A stretch of 54,707 nucleotides of DNA, from NCBI GenBank assembly GCA_913053235.1, contig CAJXFT010000003.1, positions 1-54,707 of the forward strand, given 5' to 3'. Shown here piece after piece: positions 31,351 to 41,865 of the stretch. The number at the start of each line of letters is the position of its first letter. The first letter of the stretch is position 1. Source of the stretch: an uncultured Alphaproteobacteria bacterium. Its GTDB lineage: Bacteria > Pseudomonadota > Alphaproteobacteria > UBA828. The translations under genes were made by a program, and so were the position numbers. Under the pieces are notes generated by a model that worked only from the letters and a program-made list of their open reading frames with translations, searched no databases and was not told where the DNA came from.

Positions 31351-33081
31351 ATGGATATGGTGACGATGAACATCATCGATTCCGCCATGGTGGCGATTTG
31401 CCGCGAGATGGGCGTGAACGTCCAGAAAACCGCCTACTCCACCATCTTCAGCGAGGCCGAGGATTTCACCTGCGCGCTGGCCAGCCCGGAGGGCGAAATG
31501 ATCGCGGTGGCCGAGTTCTGCCCGGCCCAGATCGGCGGCGTGCCGCTGTTGGTGCGCTCGATGGTGAAGGAGATACCCGATATCGATCCCGGCGACGTGA
31601 TCATCCACAACGACCCCTATCGGGGCGGCCTGCACACGCCCGAGCACACCATGTTCAAGCCGATCTTCGTGGCCGGCGAAATGATGGGCTTCGCCGTCTC
31701 GATCGGCCATTTCGTCGAGACCGGCGGCATGGTGCCGGGCGGCTTCCCCGGCGAGGCGACGGAGATATTCCACGAGGGCCTGAGGGTGCCGCCGGTCAAG
31801 CTGATCAAGCGCGGCGAGGACGTGGCGGAGGTGTGGAAGCTGCTGCTCGCCAATGTGCGCACGCCGCGCGGCAATTACGGCGATCTCAGGGCCCTGATCA
31901 GCGCCGTCGATATGGGCGAGAAGCGCATGGTCGAGCTGATCGAGAAATACGGCAAGGAGGAATTTCGCCAGACCGTCTCCGATCTGATGGATTATTCCGA
32001 ATCGCGCATGCGCGCCGAGATCGCCGCCTTCGCGGACGGCCGTTATACCTTCGAGGATTGCCTGGAGGATGACGGCATCGAGGCCAAGGAATATTGGATC
32101 CGCGTCGCCGTCAATGTGCAGGGCGACGAGGTGGTGATCGACTATACCGGCTCGTCGCCGCAGGCCAAGGGGCCGATCAACGCCACCCTCGGCGTCGCCT
32201 GGTCGGCCTCCTACAACGCCATGCTGCACCTGACCGACCAGACGATCCCCAAGAATTCCGGCTGCTTCCGCCCGATCCGCGTGATTTCGCCGGCCGGCAC
32301 TGTGATGAATGTCGACTATCCCGGCTCCGAGGTCGGCGGCAATACCGAGACCCATCCCCTCATCGTCGCCTGCATCTTCGGCGCCATGTCGGAATGCGCG
32401 CCGCACCGCGTCATGGCCTCGGAAGGCACCACCCATGGCTGCTTCGTCTTCGGCGGCCATGACGAGGAGAATGACGAGCCCTTCGGCGCCTTCGATTTCA
32501 CCTATGTCGGCTATGGCGGGCGGCAGTTCGCCGACGGCAACGACGCCACCGATTCGATCAACGGCAACTGCGCCAACACGCCGACCGAAGTGTTCGAAAC
32601 GCGCTATCCGTGGATCGTCGAGGAATATGCGCTGCGCCAGGATTCGGGCGGCGCCGGCGAGCATCGCGGCGGCCTCAGCATTTCCAAGACCATGCTGTGC
32701 ACCGGCGACGTGATGATCAGCCAGATGACCAACAAACACATTCGCACCTCGTGGGGCCTGAAGGGCGGCAAGCGCTCGGTTCCCGGCGCGACGCTCTACC
32801 AGACCAAGGGCGCCAACGACTGGCAGACCATCAAGCAGGCCTTCGGCAAGGTCTCCTCAAGCAAATATTCCAACGTGCCGATCGGCCCGGATGAGCGCAT
32901 CTCGGTCAAGGCGCCGGGCGGCGGCGGCTTCGGCGACCCGGCCAAGCGCGATCGCGCGGCGATCGTCGAGGATGTGCTGGAAGGCTATATCAGCCGCGAA
33001 AAAGCCGCCGAGGATTACGGCTTCGAAGAAAGCTGGATCGCGAAGTACGCGCCGGATGAGGCCGCGCAAGCGGCGGAATGA
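31351..33081 (+). CDS. hyuB: hydantoinase B/oxoprolinase family subunit (pair 3)
   Basis: 576 aa. TAYSTIFSEAEDF, NDPYRGGLHTPE, GHFVETGG, SGGAGEHRGG, PGGGGFGDP. Confidence 0.9.
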   Translation: MDMVTMNIIDSAMVAICREMGVNVQKTAYSTIFSEAEDFTCALASPEGEMIAVAEFCPAQIGGVPLLVRSMVKEIPDIDPGDVIIHNDPYRGGLHTPEHTMFKPIFVAGEMMGFAVSIGHFVETGGMVPGGFPGEATEIFHEGLRVPPVKLIKRGEDVAEVWKLLLANVRTPRGNYGDLRALISAVDMGEKRMVELIEKYGKEEFRQTVSDLMDYSESRMRAEIAAFADGRYTFEDCLEDDGIEAKEYWIRVAVNVQGDEVVIDYTGSSPQAKGPINATLGVAWSASYNAMLHLTDQTIPKNSGCFRPIRVISPAGTVMNVDYPGSEVGGNTETHPLIVACIFGAMSECAPHRVMASEGTTHGCFVFGGHDEENDEPFGAFDFTYVGYGGRQFADGNDATDSINGNCANTPTEVFETRYPWIVEEYALRQDSGGAGEHRGGLSISKTMLCTGDVMISQMTNKHIRTSWGLKGGKRSVPGATLYQTKGANDWQTIKQAFGKVSSSKYSNVPIGPDERISVKAPGGGGFGDPAKRDRAAIVEDVLEGYISREKAAEDYGFEESWIAKYAPDEAAQAAE

Positions 33082-34030
33082 GGGCGGCTGCTACCCGCAC
33101 CCAGAGACCCAAATTGTAGTGGCTAGAATCGACTGTGGGAATTGTAGTCGTATTTGTCTGACCATTCGCAGCGTGAACGGGAGGGGCTTTCGAGTTCATT
33201 CATTTTATATCCGCATCATGAAATGGAAAGCTTTAATCGTCAAAACTCCATATATGAGCCTCTTCTTCAAATTTGTCTGGAACAGCATCTAAATATTCAA
33301 CACGCACATTAATAGTATTGTCCATTATTTTCCTTAAAATAACGTCAATATCAAGCTTGGAAGTGAATTCAATTTTCATATCAACATTACCAGATCTCGG
33401 ATTCAATAAGGGCGGCCCAAGTAACGTTCCTTTGTTTGCCAATTCAAGTTGCGCAGCGGTATTTTCAAGATTTTTTCGCAGCTGTGCCCAGTATGGGTCG
33501 TCCCGTGGTATGAATTTTTTCTTGGAGTGTAGGTTGTCGCCTAGTTTTTCCGCCGTTTTACGCAAACTCTTTGATACAGGAATATAATAAAAACAGATGG
33601 TGAGAATATCTGGATCTGTATCGTAAACTGCCCATCGAATGATCTTTTCGCCGGACTTGAAGGCTTGCTCGAGGCTTTTTTCTAATTTCGCAACATGCCA
33701 GCCTTTCTTTTTTTTCCTGGAAACATGTTTTTGCACCTCAAGATATTCTCTCATCCTTGCTTCAATTCCGCACCGTAATTCTAGCGCAGCGTATATCAAC
33801 GAAGTTTGTTCGTTTTCGCCAAGTCGTTCTCGCGCACGTTTGAGATAGGCTCTAGATGATATTTGATATTCCATGTAATCAAATTCTCCCCCTTCATGGC
33901 GATCAGGTAATTCAAACAAAACCGGTCAGACTCTTTTGATTTTTTTAAAATTCTTCGTCCGTACGCCGTGCTAGACCGCAGAGTGGCATATAATGAAATT
34001 TTGGCACAAGGTTGCGTCAATTCGAATGTC
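33082..34030. other. AT-rich islet (about 40% GC by eye) carrying a single gene
   Basis: Abrupt compositional shift between two GC-rich operons; no transposase or integrase recognised. Confidence 0.75.
33233..33874 (-). CDS. hypothetical protein, HEPN-like (Lys-rich, AT-rich codons)
   Basis: Long ORF in AT-rich DNA. ATG 33874 after GGGGAG (TTG 33919 is an alternative). YLKRARERL...YAALELRCGIE and KLGDNLH segments resemble HEPN helices. Confidence 0.65.
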   Translation of the reverse strand: MEYQISSRAYLKRARERLGENEQTSLIYAALELRCGIEARMREYLEVQKHVSRKKKKGWHVAKLEKSLEQAFKSGEKIIRWAVYDTDPDILTICFYYIPVSKSLRKTAEKLGDNLHSKKKFIPRDDPYWAQLRKNLENTAAQLELANKGTLLGPPLLNPRSGNVDMKIEFTSKLDIDVILRKIMDNTINVRVEYLDAVPDKFEEEAHIWSFDD

Positions 34031-34036
34031 AAATGC

Positions 34037-34070
34037 TTGTCATTTATTTACTTTAAACCTAAAATAAAAT
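34037..34070 (+). promoter_or_regulatory. sigma70 promoter of the anthraniloyl-CoA operon with overlapping AT-rich imperfect palindrome (MarR operator candidate)
   Basis: TTGTCA (34037-34042)-N17-TAAAAT (34060-34065); a TTTA-aacc-TAAA dyad overlaps the -10 element. Confidence 0.65.
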
Positions 34071-34101
34071 CGTCCGGGCGGGGGAAATCTTCGGAAAGGC
34101 C

Positions 34102-36387
34102 ATGGCCATGAAAATTGCCTGTATCGGTGGCGGGGCGGCCGGGCTCTATTTCGCCATTTCGATGAAGCTGCGCGATCCCGGCCATGACATCACCGTCATT
34201 GAGCGCAATCCGCCGGGCAATACGTTCGGCTGGGGCGTGGTGTTCTCCGATGCCACCATTCAGAATTTGCGCGATAATGACGCCAAGACGGCGGAGGAGA
34301 TCCTCGCCAGTTTTGCCCATTGGGACGATATCGACGTCCATTTCAAGGGCACCACGATCACCTCGGGCGGGCACGGGTTTTGCGGTATCGCGCGCAGCCG
34401 CTTGCTGAACATTCTGCAACGGCGCGCCGCCGAACTCGGCGTCGAAGTCATCTTCGAGCACGAGGTAGAGAGCCTCGAACCCTATCTCGGCCATGACCTC
34501 GTGGTCGCCGCCGACGGCATCAACAGTCGCGTGCGCGACACCTACGCAAAAGAGTTTCAGCCCAGCGTCGATATACGCAAGAACCGCTTTATCTGGCTCG
34601 GCACCAAGCATAAATTCGACGCCTTCACCTTCATCTTCATCGAAACCGAACATGGCTGGGTGTGGGCGCACGCCTACCGCTTCGACGAGGATACCTGCAC
34701 TTTTATCGTCGAGATGCCGGAGGCGGTGTGGCAGGCGGCGGGGCTCGGGGAGATGCCGCTTCAGGACGGCATCGAGTGGTGCGAAGGCCTGTTTGCCGAC
34801 TGGCTACAAGGCGACCGCCTTCTCAACGACGCGCCGCATCCGCGCGACGAGGCGTGGCGCAAGTTTCCCGCCATCTCCTGCGCCCATTGGTCGTTCGACA
34901 ATGTGGTGCTGATGGGCGACGCGGCGCACACGGCGCATTATTCGATCGGCTCGGGCACCAAGCTCGCCTTCGAGGACGCCATCAGCCTGGCCGATCTGAT
35001 CACCGAGAAAGGCGACCTCCAGGCCGCCTTCGAAACCTATGAGGATGAGCGCCGCCTCGAAGTGATCAAACTGCAAAGTGCGGCGCGCAACTCGACGCAA
35101 TGGTTCGAGGACGTGCCGCGTTACGCGGAGTTGGAGCCGATCCAGTTCGCCTATTCGCTGCTCACCAGGAGCCAGCGCGTCAGCCACGAAAATCTGCGTC
35201 TGCGCGACAAGCAATGGCTCGAAGGGGTGGAATCCTGGTTCGCCGGGCGCGCCACCGGCAAAGAGCGGCCCGAACCCGTGCCGCCGATGTTCACGCCCTT
35301 CTCTTTGCGCGGCATGGAGCTCGCCAACCGCATCATCGTCTCGCCGATGGCGACCTATAGCGCCCAAGACGGCGAGCCCAATGATTTTCACCTGGTGCAT
35401 CTCGGTGCGCGCGCCCTGGGCGGCGCCGGCCTCGTCTTTACCGAGATGACCTGTGTCAGCGCCGAGGGGCGCATCACGCCGGGCTGCACCGGCATGTATC
35501 GCGACAGCCACGCCGCCGCCTGGAAGCGCATCGTCGATTTCTGCCACGCCGCGGGCGCCGCCAAGGTCTGCCTGCAACTCGGCCATGCCGGCCCCAAGGG
35601 CGCCACCAAACTCGCCTGGGAGGGCATGGACGAGGCGCTCGACGAAGGCGGCTGGGAACTGATCGCGCCTTCGCCCATCGCCTGGTCGCCGGCCAACGCC
35701 ACGCCGCGCGAAATGACCCGCGACGATATGGAAATGGTGAAAGAGCAGTTCCTGGGCGCGCTTGAACGCGGCGCGACCGCGCCCTTCGACATGGTGGAGC
35801 TGCATTTCGGCCATGGCTATCTGCTCTCCGCCTTCATCACGCCGCTCAGCAACCGCCGCGAGGACGAATATGGCGGCTCGCTGGAAAACCGCATGCGCTA
35901 TCCTTTAGAAATTCTCAGCGCCGTCCGCGGCCACTGGGACAAGCCGCTCTCGGTGCGCATCTCGGCCAGCGATTGGGTCGAGGGCGGCATCGAGGGGAGG
36001 GAAGCCGTCGCCATCGCCGCCATGCTGAAACAGGCCGGGGTCGATATCGTCAACGTCTCTGCCGGCCAGACCAGCATCGAAGCCAAGCCCGTCTATGGCC
36101 GCATGTTTCAAACCCCGTTCGCCGAACGCATTCGTCTGGAAGCCGGCATTCCGACCATCGCCGCCGGCAATATCTTCGAGGCCGATCACGTCAACAGCAT
36201 CCTCGCCGCCGGGCGTGCCGACCTCTGCGCCCTGGCCCGGCCCCATCTCGCCAACCCGAATTGGACGCTGCACGCGGCGGCCGAATTGCGCTATGACGGC
36301 GTTCAATGGCCGAACCCCTATTTGACCGGCAAGGAACAGCTCGAACGTTTAACCGAAAGGGCACAACAGATGGCACAACTGATATGA
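34102..36387 (+). CDS. abmA: 2-aminobenzoyl-CoA monooxygenase/reductase (bifunctional salicylyl-CoA 5-hydroxylase/oxidoreductase family)
   Basis: 761 aa. N-terminal flavin monooxygenase ([33 protein letters not shown]) fused to an Old-Yellow-Enzyme domain ([34 protein letters not shown]). Confidence 0.9.
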   Translation: MAMKIACIGGGAAGLYFAISMKLRDPGHDITVIERNPPGNTFGWGVVFSDATIQNLRDNDAKTAEEILASFAHWDDIDVHFKGTTITSGGHGFCGIARSRLLNILQRRAAELGVEVIFEHEVESLEPYLGHDLVVAADGINSRVRDTYAKEFQPSVDIRKNRFIWLGTKHKFDAFTFIFIETEHGWVWAHAYRFDEDTCTFIVEMPEAVWQAAGLGEMPLQDGIEWCEGLFADWLQGDRLLNDAPHPRDEAWRKFPAISCAHWSFDNVVLMGDAAHTAHYSIGSGTKLAFEDAISLADLITEKGDLQAAFETYEDERRLEVIKLQSAARNSTQWFEDVPRYAELEPIQFAYSLLTRSQRVSHENLRLRDKQWLEGVESWFAGRATGKERPEPVPPMFTPFSLRGMELANRIIVSPMATYSAQDGEPNDFHLVHLGARALGGAGLVFTEMTCVSAEGRITPGCTGMYRDSHAAAWKRIVDFCHAAGAAKVCLQLGHAGPKGATKLAWEGMDEALDEGGWELIAPSPIAWSPANATPREMTRDDMEMVKEQFLGALERGATAPFDMVELHFGHGYLLSAFITPLSNRREDEYGGSLENRMRYPLEILSAVRGHWDKPLSVRISASDWVEGGIEGREAVAIAAMLKQAGVDIVNVSAGQTSIEAKPVYGRMFQTPFAERIRLEAGIPTIAAGNIFEADHVNSILAAGRADLCALARPHLANPNWTLHAAAELRYDGVQWPNPYLTGKEQLERLTERAQQMAQLI

Positions 36388-37157
36388 GCAGCGCTATGGA
36401 ACTTAACGGCAAGCACGCCCTGATCACCGGCGGCGGCCACGGCATCGGCGGCGCCAGCGCCGAAGCCCTGGCGGCGAGCGGCGCGAAATTGACGCTCACC
36501 GGGCGCAATATGGAAAAGCTCGAAGCCATGGCGGCGAAGCTGCCGGGCGCACAAGCGCGCCGGCTCGACGTCACCGACGAGGAAGCGGTCAAGCGCGTGT
36601 TCACCGAATCGGCCGCCTCGCTCGGCGCCATCGATATCCTGATCAACAATTCGGGCATCGCCGAGACGGCGCCTTACTTACGCACCTCGTCCGATATGAT
36701 GCGCCGGCTGATGGAAGTGAATTTGATCGGCGCCCATGTCTGCACCCAGCAGGCGCTGCCCGCCATGGTCGACGCGGGCTGGGGCCGCGTCGTCAATATT
36801 TCGAGCCTGGCGGGGATATCGGGCCAGCCCTATATCGCCGCCTACAGCGCCTCCAAACATGCCATGATCGGCCTCACCCGCACCCTGGCGCTGGAGATGG
36901 TCAAGAAAGGCATAACCGTGAACGCCGTCTGCCCCGCCTATGTCGAGACCGGCATGGTCGAGGCCGGCGTCGCCAATATTCAGAAAATCACCGGCATGAG
37001 CGAAGCCGATGCGCGCGGCGAGTTGGCCAAGAAAAATCCGCAGGGCCGCATCATCGCGGCCAGCGAAGTCGCCGTCACGGTGGCCTGGCTGTGCCTTCCG
37101 GGCTCGGAATCGATCACCGGACAATCCATCGCCATGGCCGGCGGAGGGTGGATGTAG
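36384..37157 (+). CDS. SDR 3-hydroxyacyl-CoA dehydrogenase-like protein (abm operon)
   Basis: ATGA overlap with abm[30 protein letters not shown]. Confidence 0.88.
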   Translation: MSSAMELNGKHALITGGGHGIGGASAEALAASGAKLTLTGRNMEKLEAMAAKLPGAQARRLDVTDEEAVKRVFTESAASLGAIDILINNSGIAETAPYLRTSSDMMRRLMEVNLIGAHVCTQQALPAMVDAGWGRVVNISSLAGISGQPYIAAYSASKHAMIGLTRTLALEMVKKGITVNAVCPAYVETGMVEAGVANIQKITGMSEADARGELAKKNPQGRIIAASEVAVTVAWLCLPGSESITGQSIAMAGGGWM

Positions 37158-37687
37158 TGGCTCGCGAAGCGAGAAATAGCCGCCTCGCGCAGCGAGGAAT
37201 CACCGGCTCGCGAAGCGAAAAAAAAGAGGCTAGTGGCAAGAGTTCGCTCCACCTCTGGCTCGGGCTGTTGACTTGCTCCGCCATGGTCGAGCGCGAAGTG
37301 CGAGCGCGTCTTCGCCGCGAATTCTCCGCGACTTTGCCGCGCTTCGACATGATGGCGGCGCTCGAGCGCGCGCCGGACGGCCTCTCCATGGGCGAGCTGT
37401 CGCGCCGCCTGATGGTCTCCAACGGCAATGTCACCGGCATCGCCGACCGTTTGGTGCGCGAGGGCCTGGCCAGGCGCTGGTCGCCGCCGGCCGACAGGCG
37501 CTCATCGCGCATTGCCCTCACCGCGCGCGGGCGCGAGGATTTCACCGCCATGGCGAAAGCCCATCGGGGCTGGATCGAGGAAATGATGGCGGGCCTCGAC
37601 GCGGAGGAGCGCGAGGCGCTGATGGCGCTCTTGGCCAAGGTCAAACTGTCGATCGGCGCGGAAGGCGAAGGGAGGGACGCGGCATGA
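37157..37687 (+). CDS. MarR family regulator of the abm operon
   Basis: [42 protein letters not shown]. Probable GTG start overlapping the upstream TAG; start uncertain. Confidence 0.85.
   Translation: MAREARNSRLAQRGITGSRSEKKEASGKSSLHLWLGLLTCSAMVEREVRARLRREFSATLPRFDMMAALERAPDGLSMGELSRRLMVSNGNVTGIADRLVREGLARRWSPPADRRSSRIALTARGREDFTAMAKAHRGWIEEMMAGLDAEEREALMALLAKVKLSIGAEGEGRDAA
37159..37219. repeat. 23-bp tandem repeat (~2.7 copies), each with a GNA-triloop mini-hairpin
   Basis: ggctcgcgaagcgagaaatagcc / gcctcgcgcagcgaggaatcacc / ggctcgcgaagcgaa; units 1 and 2 match at 18/23 positions. Confidence 0.75.
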
Positions 37688-38493
37688 AGATGGCGGGCTA
37701 TGAAGCGGCGCATTTCCTGTGGTCGGCCGAAGGCGGGGTGGCGACGATTACCCTCAACCGGCCGGAGAAGAAAAACCCGCTGACCTTCGAATCATATGCC
37801 GAGTTGCGCGACACGTTCCGCCGCCTGAACGATGCCGAAGATGTCGATGCCGTCATTGTCACCGGCGCCGGCGGCAATTTTTGTTCCGGCGGCGACGTGC
37901 ACGAGATCATCGGCCCGCTGACAAAGATGAACATGGGCGGGCTGCTCGATTTCACCCGCATGACCGGCGATCTGGTCAAGGCCATGCGCGCCTGCCGCCA
38001 GCCGGTGATCGCCGCCATAGACGGCGTCTGCGCCGGCGCCGGCGCCGCCATCGCCATGGCGGCCGATATGCGCCTCGGCACCGAGGCCAGCAAGACCGCT
38101 TTCCTCTTTACCCGCGTCGGCCTGGCCGGCTGCGACATGGGCGCTTGCGCCATCCTGCCGCGCCTGATCGGCCAGGGGCGCGCCTCGGAACTGCTGTTCA
38201 CGGGCCGCTCCATGTCCGGCGCGGAAGGCGAGCGCTGGGGCTTCTTCAATCGCCTGTGCGCGCCGGAGGAACTGCAAGTCGAGGCCGAAAAACTCGCACG
38301 ACAGCTCGCCGCCGGCCCCAATTTCGCCCACGGCATGACCAAGGCCATGCTCAACCGGGAATGGGATATGGGCCTCGACGCCGCCATCGACGCCGAAGCG
38401 CAGGCCCAGGCCATCTGCATGCAGACGCAGGATTTCCGGCGCGCCTTCGAGGCCTTCGCGGCCAGGTGCAAACCCGTCTTCGAGGGCAATTGA
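37684..38493 (+). CDS. enoyl-CoA hydratase family protein (abm operon)
   Basis: ATGA overlap. [49 protein letters not shown]. Confidence 0.9.
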   Translation: MKMAGYEAAHFLWSAEGGVATITLNRPEKKNPLTFESYAELRDTFRRLNDAEDVDAVIVTGAGGNFCSGGDVHEIIGPLTKMNMGGLLDFTRMTGDLVKAMRACRQPVIAAIDGVCAGAGAAIAMAADMRLGTEASKTAFLFTRVGLAGCDMGACAILPRLIGQGRASELLFTGRSMSGAEGERWGFFNRLCAPEELQVEAEKLARQLAAGPNFAHGMTKAMLNREWDMGLDAAIDAEAQAQAICMQTQDFRRAFEAFAARCKPVFEGN

Positions 38494-40133
38494 TGGCGGC
38501 TAAAAGCGCCCATATCGACACTTTCGCGGCGGCAAATTTACCGCCGCCCGAAGCGCTACCCGAATTTATTTTCAGCCGCCCCGAACTGCAATATCCCGCC
38601 CGTCTCAATTGCGTCACCGAGCTGCTCGACCGCGCGGTCGCCGAGGGCGATGGCGAAAGGACCGCGATTCTGGCGCCGGGCCTGAGCTGGAGCTATGCCG
38701 AGCTGCAACATAAAGTCAATTGCGTGGCCGAGCTGCTGCGCGAGGATTTGGGAATCGTGCCGGGCAACCGGGTGTTGTTGCGCGCCGCCAATTCGCCGAT
38801 GCTGGCGGCGTGCTGGCTCGGCGTGGTCAAGGCCGGCGCCATCGCCGTCGCCACCATGCCGCTCCTTCGCGCGCGCGAGCTGTCCTCGGTCATCGAGAAG
38901 GCCGAGGTCGGGCTGGCGCTGTGCGACGAAAGGCTGGGCGAGGAGTTGGCCTGGGCGCAAACGCTCTCGCCCCGCCTTGAGCGTATCATTCACTTCGGCG
39001 GCGGCGGCGGCCACGGCGGTGGCGGCCTTGGCGAAAGGATGGCCGCCAAGACCGGCGATTTCACCGCTATCGATACCGCAGCCGAGGATACCTGCCTCAT
39101 CGCCTTTACCTCCGGCACCACCGGCGGCGCCAAGGGCGTCATGCATTTCCACCGCGATATCTTGGCCGCCTGCGATTGCTTCCCGCCGGCCTGCGTCAAG
39201 GCGACCCCGGACGATATCTTTTGCGGCAGCCCGCCGCTCGCCTTCACCTTCGGACTCGGCGGCTTGCTGCTGTTTCCGCTGCGCGCCCGCGCGGCAACAT
39301 TGCTGATCGAACAGCCCAGCCCCGAGGGCCTGCTCGGCGCCATCGCCGCGCACAAAGCGAGCGTGCTGTTCACCGCGCCGACCGGCTTCCGCGCCATGCT
39401 GGAAAAGCTCGGGCAATACGACATATCCAGCCTCAGGCGCTGCATCTCGGCCGGCGAGACGCTGCCCAAAGCCACTTTCGAGGCGTGGCGCGCCGCCACC
39501 GGCCTGGCCATCATCGACGGCATCGGCGCCACCGAAATGCTGCATATCTTCATCTCCTCGGCCGATGACGAGATTCGCCCCGGCGCCACCGGCAAGGCGG
39601 TGCCCGGATACGAAGCGCGCGTGATCGGCGAGGATGGAAGGGAATTGCCGCCCGGCGAGATCGGCCGCCTCGCCGTGCGCGGGCCGACCGGCTGCCGCTA
39701 TCTCATGGGCGAGAAACAGGCAAACTATGTCGAGGGTGGCTGGAATCTCACCGGCGACGCCTACCGCATGGACAGGGACGGCTATTTCTGGTTCGAGGCG
39801 CGCCTCGACGACATGATCATCTCGGCCGGCTACAACATCTCCGGCCCGGAAGTCGAAGCAGCGCTCATTGCGCATGACGCGGTGGGTGAGTGCGCCTGCG
39901 TCGCTTCGCCCGACGAGGCGCGCGGCAATATCGTCAAGGCGTTCATCGTCCTCAGCTCCGGCACCGCCAGCGACGGCGCGCTCATCGAGGAATTGCAAAA
40001 TTTCGTCAAAAGCCGCATCGCGCCCTATAAATATCCGCGCGCCATCGAATTTGTCGAGGCGCTGCCCAAAACCGATACCGGCAAGGTGAAGCGCTTTCGC
40101 CTGCGCGAGATCGAGCGGGCGGCGCAAAGCTGA
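38493..40133 (+). CDS. abmG: 2-aminobenzoate-CoA ligase
   Basis: TGATG coupling. [67 protein letters not shown]. Confidence 0.88.
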   Translation: MAAKSAHIDTFAAANLPPPEALPEFIFSRPELQYPARLNCVTELLDRAVAEGDGERTAILAPGLSWSYAELQHKVNCVAELLREDLGIVPGNRVLLRAANSPMLAACWLGVVKAGAIAVATMPLLRARELSSVIEKAEVGLALCDERLGEELAWAQTLSPRLERIIHFGGGGGHGGGGLGERMAAKTGDFTAIDTAAEDTCLIAFTSGTTGGAKGVMHFHRDILAACDCFPPACVKATPDDIFCGSPPLAFTFGLGGLLLFPLRARAATLLIEQPSPEGLLGAIAAHKASVLFTAPTGFRAMLEKLGQYDISSLRRCISAGETLPKATFEAWRAATGLAIIDGIGATEMLHIFISSADDEIRPGATGKAVPGYEARVIGEDGRELPPGEIGRLAVRGPTGCRYLMGEKQANYVEGGWNLTGDAYRMDRDGYFWFEARLDDMIISAGYNISGPEVEAALIAHDAVGECACVASPDEARGNIVKAFIVLSSGTASDGALIEELQNFVKSRIAPYKYPRAIEFVEALPKTDTGKVKRFRLREIERAAQS

Positions 40134-40549
40134 TGGCCACCTTCTCGCGCGACATCGCGGTGCATTTCAGCGATACCGACCCGGCCGGAATCCTGTTCTA
40201 TCCGCGCTATTTCGAGATGGCCAGCGCCCTTGTCGAGGATTGGTTCGCCGAGGAATTGGACCATCCCTACCATCTGTTGCATCGCGGCATGGCCTATGGC
40301 GTGCCCACCGTCAGCCTCGATATTTCCTTCTCCGCCGCCAGCCGAATCGCCGATGTGCTGCGCCTGACGCTGGGCGTCGCACAGCTCGGCAAATCCTCCT
40401 TCACGCTCGACATAGGCGCGGTCTGCGGCGAAGAGGAGCGCTTCAAGATGCGCCAGGTGCTGGTCTATGCCGCCCTCGGCGACGAACCGAAACCGACGCC
40501 GATCCCGGCCGAATTGCGGGCCAATATGGAGCGCTTCCTGATCGCCTAA
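40133..40549 (+). CDS. acyl-CoA thioesterase (4HBT/YbgC hot-dog fold)
   Basis: VHFSDTDPAGILFYPRYF, GVPTV, LGKSS. TGATG-coupled to the ligase. Confidence 0.88.
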   Translation: MATFSRDIAVHFSDTDPAGILFYPRYFEMASALVEDWFAEELDHPYHLLHRGMAYGVPTVSLDISFSAASRIADVLRLTLGVAQLGKSSFTLDIGAVCGEEERFKMRQVLVYAALGDEPKPTPIPAELRANMERFLIA

Positions 40550-41781
40550 GTTACCGCGCCTTTTTCGCCGTAAGCGTGGCGGCGCCATTCCTCGCCGTCG
40601 AGCACCTCGCCGAGCGCCTCGGCGGCGTCCCAGACATCGACATGGCGTAAGTAAAGCGGCGCCAAGCCGAAGCGCATGACGTCGGGCTGGCGAAAATCGC
40701 CGATCACGCCGCGCGCGATCAATGCCTGGACGGCGCCGTAACCGTTCTCATAAGCATAGGAAACCTGGCTGCCGCGCTGTGCGGAATCGCGCGGCGACAG
40801 GAGTTCCAGGCCATGGCCGGCGCAGCGCGCCTCGATGCGTGCCATGAACAGCTCGCCAAGCGCCACGGATTTGGCTCTGAGCGCCGCCATGCCGGCCTCG
40901 GAGAGAATATCCAGGCCGCATTCCAGGAGCGCCAGGGCAATCACCGGCGGCGTGCCCGAGAGCATGCGCTGGATGCCCGGCGCCGGGCGGAAGCGGGGCG
41001 AAAAATCGAACGGCGCGGCATGGCCCATCCAACCGCTGAGCGGCTGGCGAATGGCCGCGTGATGGCGCTCGGCGACGAACAGATAGGCCGGCGCGCCGGG
41101 CCCGCCATTGAGATATTTATAGCCGCAGCCGACGGCGAGGTCGGCGCCCGAGCCGTTCAGATCGAGCGCAAGCGCGCCGGCGCTATGGCTCAGATCCCAC
41201 AAGCTGAGCGCGCCGCGCGCCGCCGCCGCGGCGCTGATCGCCGCCATGTCATGGATGCGCCCGGTGCGGTAATCGACATGGGTGAGCGAAACCACGGCGG
41301 TATCGCCGTCGATGGCGTCGATAATTTCATCGGCCGATGCCAGGCGGCGCTCGACGCGCGGGCCGAGGAATTCGCCGATACCCTCGGCGATATAGTTGTC
41401 GGTCGGGAAATTGTCGCTGTCGGTGACCACGACATGCCTCTTGGGGCGCAGCGCCAAGGCCGCCGCCAGCAGTTTGAACAGATTGACCGAGGTCGAATCG
41501 CAGGCCACCACCTCGCCCGCCTCGGCGCCGATCAGCACCGCGATCCTGGCCCCCACCTTGAACGGCAAATCCATCCAACCGGCCTCGTTCCAACTGCGGA
41601 TGAGGCCATCGCCCCATTCCTCGCCGATGACGTCGCGGGCGCGTTCGGCCGCCGCCAGGGGCAAGGCGCCGAGCGAATTGCCGTCCAGGTAGATCACCCC
41701 TTCGGGGAGCGCGAAGCGGGCACGGAAGTTTGCCAGGGGATCGCGCGCGTCGAGCGCGGCGCAGTCTTCTCTCGTTGTCAT
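40546..41781 (-). CDS. kynU: kynureninase
   Basis: LDARDPL..FR.RF, YLDGNSLG, DSTSVNL, WDLSHSAGA, GCGYKYLNGGPG, RGSQVS, GVIGDFR. Confidence 0.95.
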   Translation of the reverse strand: MTTREDCAALDARDPLANFRARFALPEGVIYLDGNSLGALPLAAAERARDVIGEEWGDGLIRSWNEAGWMDLPFKVGARIAVLIGAEAGEVVACDSTSVNLFKLLAAALALRPKRHVVVTDSDNFPTDNYIAEGIGEFLGPRVERRLASADEIIDAIDGDTAVVSLTHVDYRTGRIHDMAAISAAAAARGALSLWDLSHSAGALALDLNGSGADLAVGCGYKYLNGGPGAPAYLFVAERHHAAIRQPLSGWMGHAAPFDFSPRFRPAPGIQRMLSGTPPVIALALLECGLDILSEAGMAALRAKSVALGELFMARIEARCAGHGLELLSPRDSAQRGSQVSYAYENGYGAVQALIARGVIGDFRQPDVMRFGLAPLYLRHVDVWDAAEALGEVLDGEEWRRHAYGEKGAVT

Positions 41782-41865
41782 GGCGCGATATTGCCCCGAG
41801 CGGCCTTCGAATGCACGGATTGCGGCGACGGGGCGGAGCGATCACAATCCTCGGCGGAGGTGTGC

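Noticed and set aside
33082-33232. IS ends, attC site or target-site duplication around the AT-rich islet
   Set aside because: Only a short AATTGTAGT direct repeat was seen. There are no convincing terminal inverted repeats or matching flanks.
34001-34016. sigma54-like TTGGCACAAGGTTGC upstream of abmA
   Set aside because: GG-to-GC spacing is 9 nt instead of the required 10, and a good sigma70 promoter lies just downstream.
37159-37227. Mini CRISPR array reading of the 23-bp repeats
   Set aside because: The units are contiguous with no unique spacers, and no cas genes are present.
37719-40133. Long N-terminal extensions in the ORF track (804-aa ligase; also 21745-23373, 7490-8680, 25384-26463, 37273-38493)
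   Set aside because: The extensions overlap upstream genes. Downstream starts with an SD or stop/start coupling give normal protein lengths.
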